A stretch of 64,000 bases of DNA from Candidatus Nanoarchaeia archaeon (GTDB lineage Archaea; Nanobdellota; Nanobdellia; Tiddalikarchaeales; Tiddalikarchaeaceae): assembly GCA_041652755.1 (NCBI GenBank), contig JBAZGS010000006.1:6443-70442 (forward strand). Reading direction: 5' to 3'. The notes under the pieces are model-generated. The model worked only from the letters and a program-made list of their open reading frames with translations. It was not told the origin of the DNA and ran no database searches. The position numbers and the translations under genes were made by a program. Of the stretch, positions 53,593 to 64,000 are shown in pieces; within the stretch, counting starts at the first letter, position 1, and each line of letters opens with the position of its first letter.

Positions 53593-54837
53593 TTAATTTT
53601 TCAATATTTTGGCAGTGGTTTTGATAGCCCCAATGTTTGCTCCTAAGTCATTCCTTGTTTCTTTTGAGATTTCTAAGGGTTTTTTGAAGAGTTCATAGCT
53701 GTTTCCCATTACAACATACCCTTTGGCTAATCCTTGTATTTCGCCGTTTTTAATGTAATAAAAAGTGCTGCTGTTTTGCCCGAAAGCTCCTGTGGTTTTG
53801 TTGATTGTATGGTCAGGGTAAGTGTCATATAAAATAAATCCCTCTTTTACTGACTTAATCATTTGGCTTAATTTATCCTTTCCTTTAAGGGTTATGCAAT
53901 TATAGGATGTGCTTGGCTTTATTATCATACTTGCGCTATTGTTTGTGTTAGCCATTCCTAATTTTTGGCTAGTGTAAGAATCATGAATGAATGATTTTAT
54001 CACTCCATCTTTAACCAGCACAGTCTTACCTGATTTGTTTGCTTCAAAGTCGAAAAAGCTTTTATTGTTTTTTTCATAAGAATCATCAATTATTGTCAAG
54101 TCCTTACTTAATTCTTGCTTATTGATTGAATTAATGAATCTTGATTGTTTTTCGCACACAGAATCCCCTTTAAGAGAAAAAAGCAAAGGCGATGTAACAT
54201 TTAGCAGGGCTTCATGGCAAAATATTACTGGATAAGTTCCTGAGTTGGGCTTGCTTAAATTTTTTGAAGCCTCATATTTGAATAATGCTTCTTGCGCGAA
54301 TTCCTTCAAGTTAGGCTTTTTATCTGAAAGCAATGAAACATTTGTTCCAACCCTTTGGTCTTTTCCAACCAATAGCTGAAAAATTAACGAGTCATTTTCA
54401 AGAGTTATTTTTGCACCTAAACTGTTTAAGTATACTGTTTTGCTTTTTCTTTTATTTGCTAAAAATTCCAGTATTGGGGCTTTTTTGTCTATTAGTTTTT
54501 TTATCTGCTCAGTTGATTCTATTAATTTTTTTTCATTGAAGGACTTGTAATTCAAGAGTTTTTTGCTGAACTTAGCAGTGCTTGTGATATTAGGCATTAA
54601 TTCTTTTTTTGAGCTTAATTTTGCAAGTTTATAAGCTTGAAGTATTGAGTTTTTTAAAGAGGAAGTGTTGGTTGACACTATTGTTCCTTGCTTTTTGCCT
54701 ATTATTGCCCTTGAAAATATTGTAGTAATGGAATTGCTTATAGGTGTGTCAATTTCACTATTCATTGTTATTGAATCATTCCTGACTGTTTGAATAATTG
54801 ACTCCCAGCTAAAATCTTTTGGCTTAATTTCCGACAT
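53593..54837 (-). CDS. pmbA: TldE/PmbA-family protein (partner of TldD)
   Basis: TldD/PmbA fold without the HExxxH motif. Overlaps tldD by 14 nt in the same operon. Confidence 0.65.
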   Translation of the reverse strand: MSEIKPKDFSWESIIQTVRNDSITMNSEIDTPISNSITTIFSRAIIGKKQGTIVSTNTSSLKNSILQAYKLAKLSSKKELMPNITSTAKFSKKLLNYKSFNEKKLIESTEQIKKLIDKKAPILEFLANKRKSKTVYLNSLGAKITLENDSLIFQLLVGKDQRVGTNVSLLSDKKPNLKEFAQEALFKYEASKNLSKPNSGTYPVIFCHEALLNVTSPLLFSLKGDSVCEKQSRFINSINKQELSKDLTIIDDSYEKNNKSFFDFEANKSGKTVLVKDGVIKSFIHDSYTSQKLGMANTNNSASMIIKPSTSYNCITLKGKDKLSQMIKSVKEGFILYDTYPDHTINKTTGAFGQNSSTFYYIKNGEIQGLAKGYVVMGNSYELFKKPLEISKETRNDLGANIGAIKTTAKILKN

Positions 54838-56176
54838 TAATATCCCTCACTGCAATGTATGGAACTTTTTCTGATACAGGAACACTTTGGCCTTTTTTCC
54901 CGCACATTCCTCCCGAATAAGGCGATCCGAATTCGTTGCTTATTCCTGTAATGTTTTTCAGCACTTGCTTTAAATCCCCGCTTAAGCTTGCTCCTTTATA
55001 AGACTGCATAATTTTTCCATTCTTTATCAAAAATGCTTCATCAGCTTTGAAACTGAAAACCCCTGAAGTTATATCAACAGCTCCTCCACTAAATCCTTTG
55101 ACTAATAAGCCATTTTTAACTTGCTCCATTAATTCTTGCTTTGAGTATTTTCCTGGCTTAACCTCAGTATTTGACATTCTTGGTATTGGCAAGTCATGCA
55201 CTGACTGCATCCTTGCATTTGATGTTTTTTTCAATCCATTCACATCAAAATAGCTTGACAAGTCATTCATGAAATTAACAATTCTTCCTTTGCTTATTAA
55301 AACATTTTTTTTTGATTTTATGCCTTCATCATCGTATTCGTAAGAGCCCCAGTAATCTTTCAGAGTTGGATTATCATACAGTGTTAATTCATCAGTGCTT
55401 ACTTTTTCATTTAAGCTTATGCACGTGCTTTTATCTCTCAAGCTGTCAGCTTCCAAGGCATGCCCTACTGCTTCATGAAAGAATGTTCCTGATATTTCAG
55501 GATCAATCACTAAATCGTATCTGGCTGGCTTTGCTAATTTTGCATTAATTAATCTTTTTATCTTGTCCTCTGAGTTTTTTATGAATTCATCATAGTTAAA
55601 ATTGAGCAATTCGTAGCCTTTCTTTGCACGTCTTATATTGTGGCAATTCTCGTTTTTAGCAGCAATGTCATTAAAGATTTGCGAATAATTAGACTCTTCA
55701 ATAACTCTAGCACTTTTAGAATTGGCATAAAAATTATTGTTTTTCGAAAAAGCAATGGTTGTTTCAACATTTTTTAATTCCTTTAAAGAGAACGCGTTGT
55801 TGAAATCTTTTAAGTATTCTATTTTTTTGGATTCGTCAATGCTGAAAGGGTCAATTTTTATCTTTGATTTAATCACTGCTTGATTTGATTCAAAAGCCTT
55901 AAGTATTGTTTTATTTTTTTTCACTAGGCTTGCATTTTTTGCCAATTTGTAGGCTCTGCTAAAAACTTCTTCCTGTTTTGTAAAATCATTGCTTGATGCA
56001 AAGCCAAAGCATCCATTAACCAGCATCCTTATGCCAAAACCTTTAGAGTCTGATTTTATGTAGCTTTTTAATTCCTTATTTTGCTGTATTATTATTTCTT
56101 TATTAGAGTTATTTTCCCAATATTCAACAAGCTCAGAATCTTGGTCATACTTTTTTATAAGCTGCTCATAATTCAT
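54824..56176 (-). CDS. tldD: TldD metalloprotease
   Basis: [19 protein letters not shown] and HExxx[13 protein letters not shown]. Length 450 aa. Confidence 0.75.
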   Translation of the reverse strand: MNYEQLIKKYDQDSELVEYWENNSNKEIIIQQNKELKSYIKSDSKGFGIRMLVNGCFGFASSNDFTKQEEVFSRAYKLAKNASLVKKNKTILKAFESNQAVIKSKIKIDPFSIDESKKIEYLKDFNNAFSLKELKNVETTIAFSKNNNFYANSKSARVIEESNYSQIFNDIAAKNENCHNIRRAKKGYELLNFNYDEFIKNSEDKIKRLINAKLAKPARYDLVIDPEISGTFFHEAVGHALEADSLRDKSTCISLNEKVSTDELTLYDNPTLKDYWGSYEYDDEGIKSKKNVLISKGRIVNFMNDLSSYFDVNGLKKTSNARMQSVHDLPIPRMSNTEVKPGKYSKQELMEQVKNGLLVKGFSGGAVDITSGVFSFKADEAFLIKNGKIMQSYKGASLSGDLKQVLKNITGISNEFGSPYSGGMCGKKGQSVPVSEKVPYIAVRDINVGN

Positions 56177-58137
56177 CTTATTATCTTTCTGATTTTAGCT
56201 ATTATTAATTTTTTCTTTTTAGATTCGCTTAAAGCATACTCTAAGACATCGCTTAAGTTTTCAACTGGCAAGATTTTGATTCCGTCGCTTTTTAATGAAG
56301 GTATTATGTCTCCAATGTTTAATTTTGGAACTATCACTCTTTTTATTCCTGCATCAATTGCTGCTTCTATTTTAGAATTAACTCCCCCTATTGGAATTAC
56401 TTCCCCCCTTACTGTTAAGCTTCCAGTCATTGCAGTATCTTGTCTTATTGGCAAGTCTTCTAATGCGCTTATTACTGCTGTTGCTATTGAAATGCTTGCG
56501 CTGTCTCCTTCAACCCCGCTGTAGCTCATTACGAATTGTATGTGAGTGTCGTATCTTTTCTTTAAATCTTCTCCTTTGTATTTCTTTATTACTGCTGAAA
56601 CATTCTTTACTGCCTCTAGGGCTATTTCTCCTAATTTTCCTGTTGCTATAACTTCGCTGCTTCCTTCTCTTGAAGTTGGAGTGACTGCTGCCTCTATTGG
56701 CATGACTATTCCTGCATCGCTTCCCATTACTGCAAGTCCATTCACTCTTCCAACTTCATTTCCTTCATTTTTTATAATGCTATATTCTTTGTTCATTTCA
56801 ATTGCTTTTTCAACCATTTGTTTTTCTAGGCTGCTTGATAATTTTTTTGCCCTTTCAACATGGTCAGCTGTGATTATTTTTGAATTCTCTTCAATAGCTA
56901 TATCTCCTGCTACTCTTATTAATCCGCCAATCTCCCTTAGCTTTAGAGTTAGTTTTCCTTTTCTTCCGCTTCTTTTCCTTGCTTCTTTCAATACTTCAAT
57001 AACTCCAATTTTATTCATTGCTGGAATTTTTCCTTTTTCGTTTTTTATTTCCTGAGCTATGAATTGGCTGAATTTTTTCCTGTTTTCTTCATTGTCCTCC
57101 ATCATGTCATTAATATAGATTTCATAGCCATTTCCTATAATCCTGCTTCTTAAAGCTGGATGAACATTTAATCCGTGCTCCCTGTCATAGTTTCCGGCTG
57201 CAACTAATATGAAATCGCATGGCACTGGCTCGGTTTTTACCATTGCTCCTGCGCTTCTTTCGCTTCTTCCAGTTATTGGCAACTTTTTTTCCTGCATAGC
57301 TGTCAGTAAATTTATCTGGCTTTCCTTGTCAAGAACAGCTATTTCATCTAAGAACAATACTCCCTTATTGGCTTTATGAATTGCTCCTGCTTCAACCCTT
57401 TCATGCGCTGGAGTTCCTAACCCTCCGCTTTGGAAAGGGTCATGCCTTACATCCCCTAATAATGCCCCTTCGTGGGAGCCTGTTGCGTCAATAAACGGCG
57501 CCTTATCCTGGTTTGAATTATCAATTAATAATTTGGGCTTAAGCACCTTAACCATTCTTTGGGATAAGGATTTTGAAAGCATGAAAATTATTGCAATGCA
57601 CATAATTATTAGTGTCAAAAATATTGTCATGCTTATCCTGTTCGCTGCCTTTAAAACGTCGCTTTCGTTTGGGAAAAAGAACTCCTTTATTTCTTTAGGA
57701 AAAATGTTGAAAAAACTTTCAGGGATGAATTGCATAAAAAGTATTATTCCTAAAATTATTGCGCCTATATACAAAAAATTGTTGTTGACATTGTTTAAGT
57801 CTAATAATTCATTTGTTTGCGAGGGAATGCTTGACAAGATTTTGTTACCCTCACCTGCTTTTACTACTTTTATCTTTGGAGTATTCTCGTCCTTTTGATT
57901 AGGCAAGCATAACACGTCTTCTAGTTCAGTTTTTGGCAATAATTCTGAAAGAGCTAATCCTAGCATGCTTTTTCCTGTTCCTGGCTCGCCTATTAATATG
58001 ACATTCCTTCTTTGCTTTGCTGCTTTTTTAATTATAGAAACTGCGTAATCCTGGCCTATTACTTGGTCAATTATTTTTGGGTTGATTTTTATCTCTTCAG
58101 TTGTTTTAAAATCAAGCTCAGGATAATCATCTTTCAT
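56173..58137 (-). CDS. lonB: Archaeal membrane-bound Lon protease (LonB)
   Basis: [45 protein letters not shown]. Two TM helices inserted in the AAA+ module. C-terminal Ser-Lys protease domain. Length 654 aa. Confidence 0.85.
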   Translation of the reverse strand: MKDDYPELDFKTTEEIKINPKIIDQVIGQDYAVSIIKKAAKQRRNVILIGEPGTGKSMLGLALSELLPKTELEDVLCLPNQKDENTPKIKVVKAGEGNKILSSIPSQTNELLDLNNVNNNFLYIGAIILGIILFMQFIPESFFNIFPKEIKEFFFPNESDVLKAANRISMTIFLTLIIMCIAIIFMLSKSLSQRMVKVLKPKLLIDNSNQDKAPFIDATGSHEGALLGDVRHDPFQSGGLGTPAHERVEAGAIHKANKGVLFLDEIAVLDKESQINLLTAMQEKKLPITGRSERSAGAMVKTEPVPCDFILVAAGNYDREHGLNVHPALRSRIIGNGYEIYINDMMEDNEENRKKFSQFIAQEIKNEKGKIPAMNKIGVIEVLKEARKRSGRKGKLTLKLREIGGLIRVAGDIAIEENSKIITADHVERAKKLSSSLEKQMVEKAIEMNKEYSIIKNEGNEVGRVNGLAVMGSDAGIVMPIEAAVTPTSREGSSEVIATGKLGEIALEAVKNVSAVIKKYKGEDLKKRYDTHIQFVMSYSGVEGDSASISIATAVISALEDLPIRQDTAMTGSLTVRGEVIPIGGVNSKIEAAIDAGIKRVIVPKLNIGDIIPSLKSDGIKILPVENLSDVLEYALSESKKKKLIIAKIRKIIR

Positions 58138-58211
58138 AACAATTGTTATTAATTGGGTTTTTTAAAGATTTACTATTTAAAAAAAATAAGTTTAAAAAAA
58201 ATTAAAAATTA

Positions 58212-58490
58212 TTACATTTGCTCTGAATTAATCTTAGGCTCGTCAAAATTCACTATGGATTTTGAAATTAATGCAATATCTCCTATTGCTTTAATGTAAC
58301 AATGGCCTACCATTACTTTTTTTGCACCGGTTGCAGTCTTTGCAAGCAACGAATTGGGTGTTGCTTTTATTTTCCATCCATAAACCCTGTTGCCTTGGAT
58401 AAAAGCTTCCTCTATTTCGCCGTAGTAGTCCCCTAATTCAGTGTAAACTTTTAGTCCTTCCATATCATTTATGCTTTTTAATCTTAACAT
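58212..58490 (-). CDS. PRC-barrel domain protein
   Basis: GLKVYTELGDYYGEIEEAFIQGNRVYGWKI. Start taken at MLRLK to abut the scpB stop; the track ORF extends to 58568. Confidence 0.4.
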   Translation of the reverse strand: MLRLKSINDMEGLKVYTELGDYYGEIEEAFIQGNRVYGWKIKATPNSLLAKTATGAKKVMVGHCYIKAIGDIALISKSIVNFDEPKINSEQM

Positions 58491-58491
58491 A

Positions 58492-59007
58492 TTAGTTAAG
58501 TTTGAATTGCTCAAATATAAACTTTTCTTCTCCTTTTTGGATGTTGAAATATTCAAAGAATTTCTCACCTAAAGTCAATTTATAGCTCTTACCATCAGGG
58601 GCTGAATTAACAAACCCCATTTCATTCAAGCTTTTTATATGCTCATAAGCCTTGTTTCCTCTTATTCTTACAACTTCCCCTTGGCTTATTCCTTGCTTCC
58701 AGGCAATAACGCTTAATGTCTTAATTAAAGATTTTGAAATGTCCCCTGGAATTAGCTCATCAACCCCATTTATTAATTCCCTATGAACAGTCATCCTGTA
58801 AATATTATTTAGATTAAGTATTGTGAAAGCCTTGTCATTTGACTCGTATTCGCTTTTTAGCTCATTTATAGTATTGATAGCTTCTTGTTTTGTGCAATTA
58901 GTCTTTTGGCATAATTCATCAATAGTTAATCCTTTACTTATTATGAATAACAGAGCTTCAACTTTTTTCTTTAACTCATTAGGCATGAATATTATTAGAA
59001 AACTCAA
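58492..59007 (-). CDS. scpB: Segregation and condensation protein B (ScpB)
   Basis: VEALLFIISKGLTIDEL (ScpB EALLF motif) and tandem winged helices. Length 171 aa. Confidence 0.7.
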   Translation of the reverse strand: MSFLIIFMPNELKKKVEALLFIISKGLTIDELCQKTNCTKQEAINTINELKSEYESNDKAFTILNLNNIYRMTVHRELINGVDELIPGDISKSLIKTLSVIAWKQGISQGEVVRIRGNKAYEHIKSLNEMGFVNSAPDGKSYKLTLGEKFFEYFNIQKGEEKFIFEQFKLN

Positions 59008-59029
59008 AAGATTTAAAGTTTATGCTAAT

Positions 59030-60514
59030 TTAATCGAGTTTTAACTCATTTTCTACAGGGCAAGGGTAATCATTGTTAGTGCAAGCTAAGCATATGCCTG
59101 AAGTGCTTAAATCAATAGATTGGTCATCTGGAATCTTATTTATAGCCCTTATTAGCCCTTCTTTTGATATGAACTGCACTGAATCAGCACCTATTTCTTT
59201 ACATATCTCTTCAAGGCTCCTGTTATATGAAAGCAGTTCTTTATGGGTTGGAAAATCAATGCCCATATAGCAAGGATCAATAATCCCAGGAAAAGTGACT
59301 TTTACATGAACACTTTTTGCACCAGCTTCCCTTAAGCGGGTTACGTTGCTTTTAGTTGTTGTTCCTCTAACTATTGTATCATCTATTAATATTATGTTTT
59401 TTCCTTCTACTGCACTTTTGATTATTATATATTTTTCAGAATTAAGCTTTGATGCTTTTTTCCTGTCATTAGGATTACCGTTAATAAATGTCCTTTTATA
59501 ATAATACCTGTTTCTTGCCATTCCAATTCTTATTTTTATTCCTGATTCATTTGAGTAAGCTGTTGCTGCAGGCATCCCGGAATCTGGAACCCCGAAAATT
59601 CTCCAATCCTTTTTTTCTAATTCTGTTAGATTAAGCGGCTGCTCTCTGTAAAGAGTTTTTCCGCATCTTACCCTGGTGTCATTTACAGTTTTTCCTTCAA
59701 TTATTGAATCAATTGATGCAAAGTAAACATATTCTAAGGGGCATATGGCTTTTCTTTTTGGCGGCAACTGCAAAGAATCTATTTTGTTATTTTTTATTTC
59801 TATTAATTCTCCTGGATTAATATCTCTTAAAAATTCAGCGTCAATGAATTCCATTGACCTTGTTTCTGAAGAGATAATATAACCTTTGCTGTTTTGCAAT
59901 TTTCCAATGCTTAGGGGCTTAAACCCGTGGCCATCTTTTAGAGCATAAATGTTTCCGTTGTTATCCATAACTATGATATTATATGCCCCTTGCATTTTGT
60001 TATAAATATTTTCTAAAGACTTGTTTAAGCTTTTTTCTTTGGCGTATTCATCAATTATTAAATTCTTTATCACTTCAGTGTCAGTGCTTGTTTCAAAGTT
60101 ATAATCTCTTAGCTGCTTTTTTAAAGAGTTGTAATTTGTGAGATTCCCGTTGAATTCTACTGCAAAGCTTGAATTATCAATTAATTGCCCTATCATTGGG
60201 TGAAGTTTTTTCACTGCTTCTTCTTTGTTTTCAAACTCATTAACTGATGTTGTTGCGTAACGCGTGTGGCCTATGCCTTTGCTTCCTTTCAAATTATTTA
60301 ATATTTTTGGCTGAAAAACATCCCCAACTAATCCGATGTCTTTGTAAAAATAAATCTCATTCTGGTAGCTTGTTGCCATTCCGCATCCTAACTCCCCCCT
60401 GTGCTGTATACCCTGCATTCCAAGATAGATCAAATCCGAGATGTTTCCTGAAGTTGCATAAATCGCAACTACTCCGCATTCTTCATGCAGCTCATCATCT
60501 AATGACTCTTTCAC
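59030..60514 (-). CDS. purF: Amidophosphoribosyltransferase (PurF) with N-terminal propeptide and C-terminal Fe-S cysteines
   Basis: Propeptide then Ntn-Cys LHEECGVVAIY (cf. B. subtilis LNEECGVFGIW). PRTase motif IILIDDTIVRGTT. Cys cluster CLACTNNDYPCP. Confidence 0.85.
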   Translation of the reverse strand: MKESLDDELHEECGVVAIYATSGNISDLIYLGMQGIQHRGELGCGMATSYQNEIYFYKDIGLVGDVFQPKILNNLKGSKGIGHTRYATTSVNEFENKEEAVKKLHPMIGQLIDNSSFAVEFNGNLTNYNSLKKQLRDYNFETSTDTEVIKNLIIDEYAKEKSLNKSLENIYNKMQGAYNIIVMDNNGNIYALKDGHGFKPLSIGKLQNSKGYIISSETRSMEFIDAEFLRDINPGELIEIKNNKIDSLQLPPKRKAICPLEYVYFASIDSIIEGKTVNDTRVRCGKTLYREQPLNLTELEKKDWRIFGVPDSGMPAATAYSNESGIKIRIGMARNRYYYKRTFINGNPNDRKKASKLNSEKYIIIKSAVEGKNIILIDDTIVRGTTTKSNVTRLREAGAKSVHVKVTFPGIIDPCYMGIDFPTHKELLSYNRSLEEICKEIGADSVQFISKEGLIRAINKIPDDQSIDLSTSGICLACTNNDYPCPVENELKLD

Positions 60515-60653
60515 GAATAATTAGGCTTTGCCTTTTTTAATAATGATTTTTGTCTTCTAAAATAATCAAGCAATGGATGAAATCCTTTTTAAAGCTCAAA
60601 GATTATATTATATCTTTATATAAAAATAAGGCTTAATGCTTAAAATCTTGGCA

Positions 60654-60845
60654 TTATAAAAGTATGATTATTGCCAAAATTATTGCTATTAATATGATTA
60701 TTATTGGCCAAGTGTTAAAACTTTCTTTTCCTTCATATTTCTTTATTGCTTTGTAAAAATTGTTTTCCTGCACCACTTCATTCTTTGTAATTTCTGGAAT
60801 TTGTTCTAGCTGGTTTTCAATTTTGTCCTTTTTGGCTTTTGGCAT
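60654..60845 (-). CDS. Small tail-anchored membrane protein (possibly Sec61-beta/SecG-like)
   Basis: Charged N-terminus, C-terminal TM WPIIIILIAIILAIIILL. Weak similarity only. Confidence 0.25.
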   Translation of the reverse strand: MPKAKKDKIENQLEQIPEITKNEVVQENNFYKAIKKYEGKESFNTWPIIIILIAIILAIIILL

Positions 60846-60888
60846 AAATATTAATTGAATTGCTCAGAATTTATTAATTTTGCCAAAG

Positions 60889-61638
60889 TCACTGCTGTTC
60901 TTCGATTCTTATTGGCTTTGTTATTTTTATTTCTCCAAATTGCTCTTTTTGATTCAAAGATATTTTTCCATCACAGTTTAAATGAAGCAAAGGGACAAAT
61001 GTCCATATTACATCCTTTCTTTCATGTGAGGGCAGTAATTCTTCAAACGTTATCTCTTCTTTTTTCATTTTAGTGAAAAATCCGCTTATTTGAGTGTAAA
61101 TGCTTTTTATCTTTCCAGTTATGTCTATTGGCTCCCTTGCTTTGAATTGCATCTTTTCTTTTAGTTCTTCCCTTCTTGTGTTTCTTCTGTCTTTTACAAC
61201 CATTGCATCCTTCAAGGCTTCAACTAATTCGTCAAGGCTTATTGGCTTTATTCTCTGCCTTGGAAGATTGGGATTAATGCTTGTTTTTGATTCTTCAAAT
61301 TTTTGCCTCATTGCCTGGTTTCTCATCTCTTCACTTAAGTATTCAATGTTTAAGTCATCAAAGAAGTCCTCAAAGTATTCTTGCGCAAAAGTAATGTCTT
61401 GAAACTCGAAATTATCGCTTTTCATTTTAAGCAGCATTGCAGCTGCGAGCATGAATTTTCCACTTAATCTGAAATCAACGTTTTTTAGCTGATTCACTAC
61501 TTCCATGTATTTGCTTGACAGAAAACTTACATCAATATCCCAAGGGTTAATGTTTTCTTTTTTCACAATATCCCTAAGCAATCCTTCCCAAGTAAGCTCT
61601 TGGCTTATTATTAATTCATAAATTGCCAAATCATCCAA
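60889..61638 (-). CDS. scpA: Segregation and condensation protein A (ScpA kleisin)
   Basis: N-terminal [29 protein letters not shown] (ScpA helical N-domain) and a C-terminal winged helix. Length 249 aa. Confidence 0.7.
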   Translation of the reverse strand: MDDLAIYELIISQELTWEGLLRDIVKKENINPWDIDVSFLSSKYMEVVNQLKNVDFRLSGKFMLAAAMLLKMKSDNFEFQDITFAQEYFEDFFDDLNIEYLSEEMRNQAMRQKFEESKTSINPNLPRQRIKPISLDELVEALKDAMVVKDRRNTRREELKEKMQFKAREPIDITGKIKSIYTQISGFFTKMKKEEITFEELLPSHERKDVIWTFVPLLHLNCDGKISLNQKEQFGEIKITKPIRIEEQQ

Positions 61639-64000
61639 GATAGCTCAGCCCCTGCTTTATCTCTTCTTTCTGTTTTTCTTTTGCTTTTTCGTTAAAATAA
61701 CTATACATATTAATGGTTTCTTCGTCAACGCTTGGCTTGGAATTCTCAAGAGCTTGCTTGAAATTTTTAAGGGTTACTTCCTTGCTTTCAATATTCTCCC
61801 TTAAAGCTATCATTGCTGCTTCCCTGCACACGTTTTCAATGTCAGCTCCAGTATAATTCTCCATATTTTTAGCTAATTCTTCAATTTTTACAGTCTTTGC
61901 AAGAGGCATGTTTTGTGTATGAACTTTCATTATTTCAATTCTTGCAGCCTCATCAGGCGCGGGCACCATAATTAATCTGTCTAGTCTTCCAGGCCTTAGC
62001 ATTCCAGGGTCAATCATATCTGGCCTATTAGTTGCAGCTATGATTATCACATTTTGCAATTCTTCCAAGCCGTCAAGTTCGGTTAATAGTTGATTGACTA
62101 CTTGCTCTGTAACTCCTGAAGAATCGCTTCTGAGCCCTCTTCTTGGAACTAATGAATCTATTTCATCAAAAAATATTATGCATGGCGCTACTTGCCTTGC
62201 TTTTCTGAAAGTTTCCCTTACTGCTTTCTCGCTTTCTCCAACCCATTTGCTTAAAAGTTCCGGCCCTTTTATGCTTATAAAATTCATCTCTGTTTCTTTT
62301 GCTGCAGCTTTTGCAAGCATTGTCTTGCCAGTGCCAGGAGGGCCGTATAATAATATACCCCTTGGCGGCCTTATGCCTAATTTTTTGAAATTCTCAGCAT
62401 GTTTTATTGGCCACTCAACGCTTTCTTTAAGCATTTGCTTGACTTCTTCTAATCCTCCAATATCCGTCCATTTAATGTTTGGAATCTGGACTATTACTTC
62501 TCTCATTGCGCTTGGCCTTACTACTCTGAAACCATAATCAAAATCTTCCTTTGAGACAACTACGTTTTTCAATTTGTCTTCTGAAACCTTGTCATCCTTA
62601 TCCCAGTCAATGTCAGGTATTAATTTTCTTATAACATTCATTGCTGCTTCTCTGCATAAAGATTCTAAATCAGCTCCAACAAAACCATGAGTCTTATTAG
62701 CTAAATATTTTAAATAATCGCTTGCAGACCTATGCTTAACCCTTTCATAAAATGACTTGTTTAATATATTGAACATTATTAATGATTCTATTATTTCTAC
62801 TTCTTTTTTTGAGGTTTTGTCTTTTGCAATCTTTAAAAAATTATTCTTTGATTCAGCTATTAAATCTGAAAGTATTTCATTTGAAAATGATATTTCTTTT
62901 ATGCTTAATAAAATATTTTCAATAAAATCCTTATTTTCTGTTTTTAAAAATAATTTACGTAATTCAATTAGTTCTTTTTCTCTTAGATTAATACTTCCTT
63001 TTTCTTTTGTTTTTAGCATTGAATCAATGTTTAATAAAATCTCCTTTACTGCCGAATCATTATTCCATTCTCCTTCTATAGGCATATTCCTTGTATGAAT
63101 CTTAAGTATCTCTAATCTTCCTTCCCTGCTTGGAACGCCGATTTCAATCTCTCTGTCAAATCTTCCTGGCCTTCTAAGAGCTGGATCTAGGGAGTTAGGC
63201 CTGTTAGTTGCAGCCATCACTATAACTTTTCTGCCCTTTAATCCATCCATTATTGCAAGCAGCTGCGCCACCACCCTTCTTTCTACTTCTCCGCTGTTGT
63301 CCTGCCTTTTGCTTGCAATTGCATCTATTTCATCTATGAATATTATGCTAGGCGCTTTTTTTTCAGCATCTTCAAAAATTTTCCTTAATTGCTTTTCAGC
63401 TTCACCAACCCATTTAGACATTATTTCTGGGCCGTTTAGACTTACAAAATTGGCTTCGCTTTCTCCTGCAACTGCTTTTGCAAGCAAAGTTTTTCCAGTA
63501 CCTGGAGGTCCGTGCAGCAATACTCCTTTTGGCGGCTGAATACCAAGCTTCTCAAAGACTTCAGGATGTCTCATTGGCAGCTCCACCATTTCTCTTACCT
63601 TCTTGACTTCATCCGTTAGTCCACCAATGTCCTCATAAGTAATGTCTGGTATTTTTTGCTTGTTCGCAACTGGAGTTGGATCATAATCAATCTCTGTGAC
63701 ATCAGTTATTACAACATTTGTTTTAGGGTTGGTTTTTGAAACAACTAGTTTTATTTCTGGGCCAAAACCCATGCCTGATTCAGTGCTGGGCATAAATGAA
63801 TTAATATCTTCTTCAATCATTTTGAAAATGTCTGCAAAGTTCTCGCTTCCCCTTAAGCTTATTCTTCTGCTTCTTGTTCCACCTAAAGTAATTGTGTCAT
63901 CTTCCCTGACAAATCTTCCAAGCAGGCTTCTTTTAAGTGTTGCTGCATTAATGTTTAATTTAATGTTTTCATCTGTAGGTGATAGCGTGATTTTTTTTGC
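61631..64000 (-). CDS. cdc48: CDC48/VCP-type double-AAA+ ATPase; N-terminus runs off the window end
   Basis: Two Walker A motifs ([26 protein letters not shown]), two Walker B ([16 protein letters not shown]) and two SRH regions. The minus-strand frame stays open past 64000, encoding a CDC48 N-domain ([29 protein letters not shown]). Confidence 0.9.
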   Translation of the reverse strand, partial: AKKITLSPTDENIKLNINAATLKRSLLGRFVREDDTITLGGTRSRRISLRGSENFADIFKMIEEDINSFMPSTESGMGFGPEIKLVVSKTNPKTNVVITDVTEIDYDPTPVANKQKIPDITYEDIGGLTDEVKKVREMVELPMRHPEVFEKLGIQPPKGVLLHGPPGTGKTLLAKAVAGESEANFVSLNGPEIMSKWVGEAEKQLRKIFEDAEKKAPSIIFIDEIDAIASKRQDNSGEVERRVVAQLLAIMDGLKGRKVIVMAATNRPNSLDPALRRPGRFDREIEIGVPSREGRLEILKIHTRNMPIEGEWNNDSAVKEILLNIDSMLKTKEKGSINLREKELIELRKLFLKTENKDFIENILLSIKEISFSNEILSDLIAESKNNFLKIAKDKTSKKEVEIIESLIMFNILNKSFYERVKHRSASDYLKYLANKTHGFVGADLESLCREAAMNVIRKLIPDIDWDKDDKVSEDKLKNVVVSKEDFDYGFRVVRPSAMREVIVQIPNIKWTDIGGLEEVKQMLKESVEWPIKHAENFKKLGIRPPRGILLYGPPGTGKTMLAKAAAKETEMNFISIKGPELLSKWVGESEKAVRETFRKARQVAPCIIFFDEIDSLVPRRGLRSDSSGVTEQVVNQLLTELDGLEELQNVIIIAATNRPDMIDPGMLRPGRLDRLIMVPAPDEAARIEIMKVHTQNMPLAKTVKIEELAKNMENYTGADIENVCREAAMIALRENIESKEVTLKNFKQALENSKPSVDEETINMYSYFNEKAKEKQKEEIKQGLSYLG

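Noticed and set aside
56391-57055. ORFs antisense to lonB (56391, 56546) and, similarly, antisense ORFs inside lhr, cca, tldD, rad50, uppP (11062) and the 1907-2470 gene (2035)
   Set aside because: These are opposite-strand shadows of well-supported genes with Leu/Ser/Phe-rich composition expected from antisense AT-rich coding DNA.
58492-58568. Long 118-aa form of the PRC-barrel ORF overlapping scpB by 76 nt
   Set aside because: An internal Met (MLRLK) gives a start that abuts the scpB stop. The longer form is probably an ORF-finder extension.
1-64000. Looked for rRNA, RNase P/SRP RNA, integrase or transposase genes, prophage, toxin-antitoxin or known defence systems
   Set aside because: No GC-rich structured-RNA islands beyond the three tRNAs. 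No integrase or transposase motifs near the tRNA repeats. HerA here is in its canonical HerA-Mre11-Rad50/NurA repair context rather than a defence-associated one. Lhr is standalone.

Overview
This is an AT-rich archaeal chromosomal segment with dense, mostly overlapping genes. The archaeal assignment rests on aEF-1beta with its COG2888 Zn-ribbon partner, Pth2, aTrm56, class-I CCA enzyme, membrane LonB, CDC48, intron-containing tRNAs, a C1:G72 tRNA-Tyr and an A1:U72 initiator tRNA. Small overlapping genes, the AT-rich composition and many anchored Cys-rich surface proteins suggest a DPANN-like small-genome archaeon, but that is inference only.

Features:
- Most of the window is housekeeping: Lhr helicase, cca plus a Nop2/Sun m5C methyltransferase, UppP, Dph5, an eIF2B-like protein, TyrRS, RNase HII, NurA, HerA-Mre11-Rad50, aTrm56, TruD, glnA with a divergent Lrp, Hef, a LonB-TldD-PmbA operon, PurF, ScpA/ScpB, and a partial CDC48 at the window end.
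- There are three tRNAs. tRNA-Tyr and tRNA-Leu each carry an intron of about 60 nt.
- A cell-envelope island at about 30.8-43.4 kb holds a DsbA-like oxidoreductase, GT2 and GT-C glycosyltransferases, a Cys/Tyr-rich secreted gluzincin, an S-layer protein with a strong terminator hairpin, and anchored Cys-cluster proteins. A small archaeosortase-family gene lies elsewhere in the window.

Most unusual observations:
1. Two 82-bp tandem repeats lie just 3' of tRNA-iMet, each ending in a 10-nt copy of the tRNA 3' end.
2. Hef is split into helicase and nuclease ORFs at an A-rich junction where a single -1 shift would fuse them.
3. A Dph2 fragment of only 84 aa sits beside an intact dph5.
4. MTA phosphorylase and adenine phosphoribosyltransferase are fused in one ORF.
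5. purF sits between scpB and scpA.

No CRISPR array, integrase, rRNA or obvious defence system was seen. Coordinates for minus-strand genes follow the ORF track unless a start was re-chosen (stated in the evidence).
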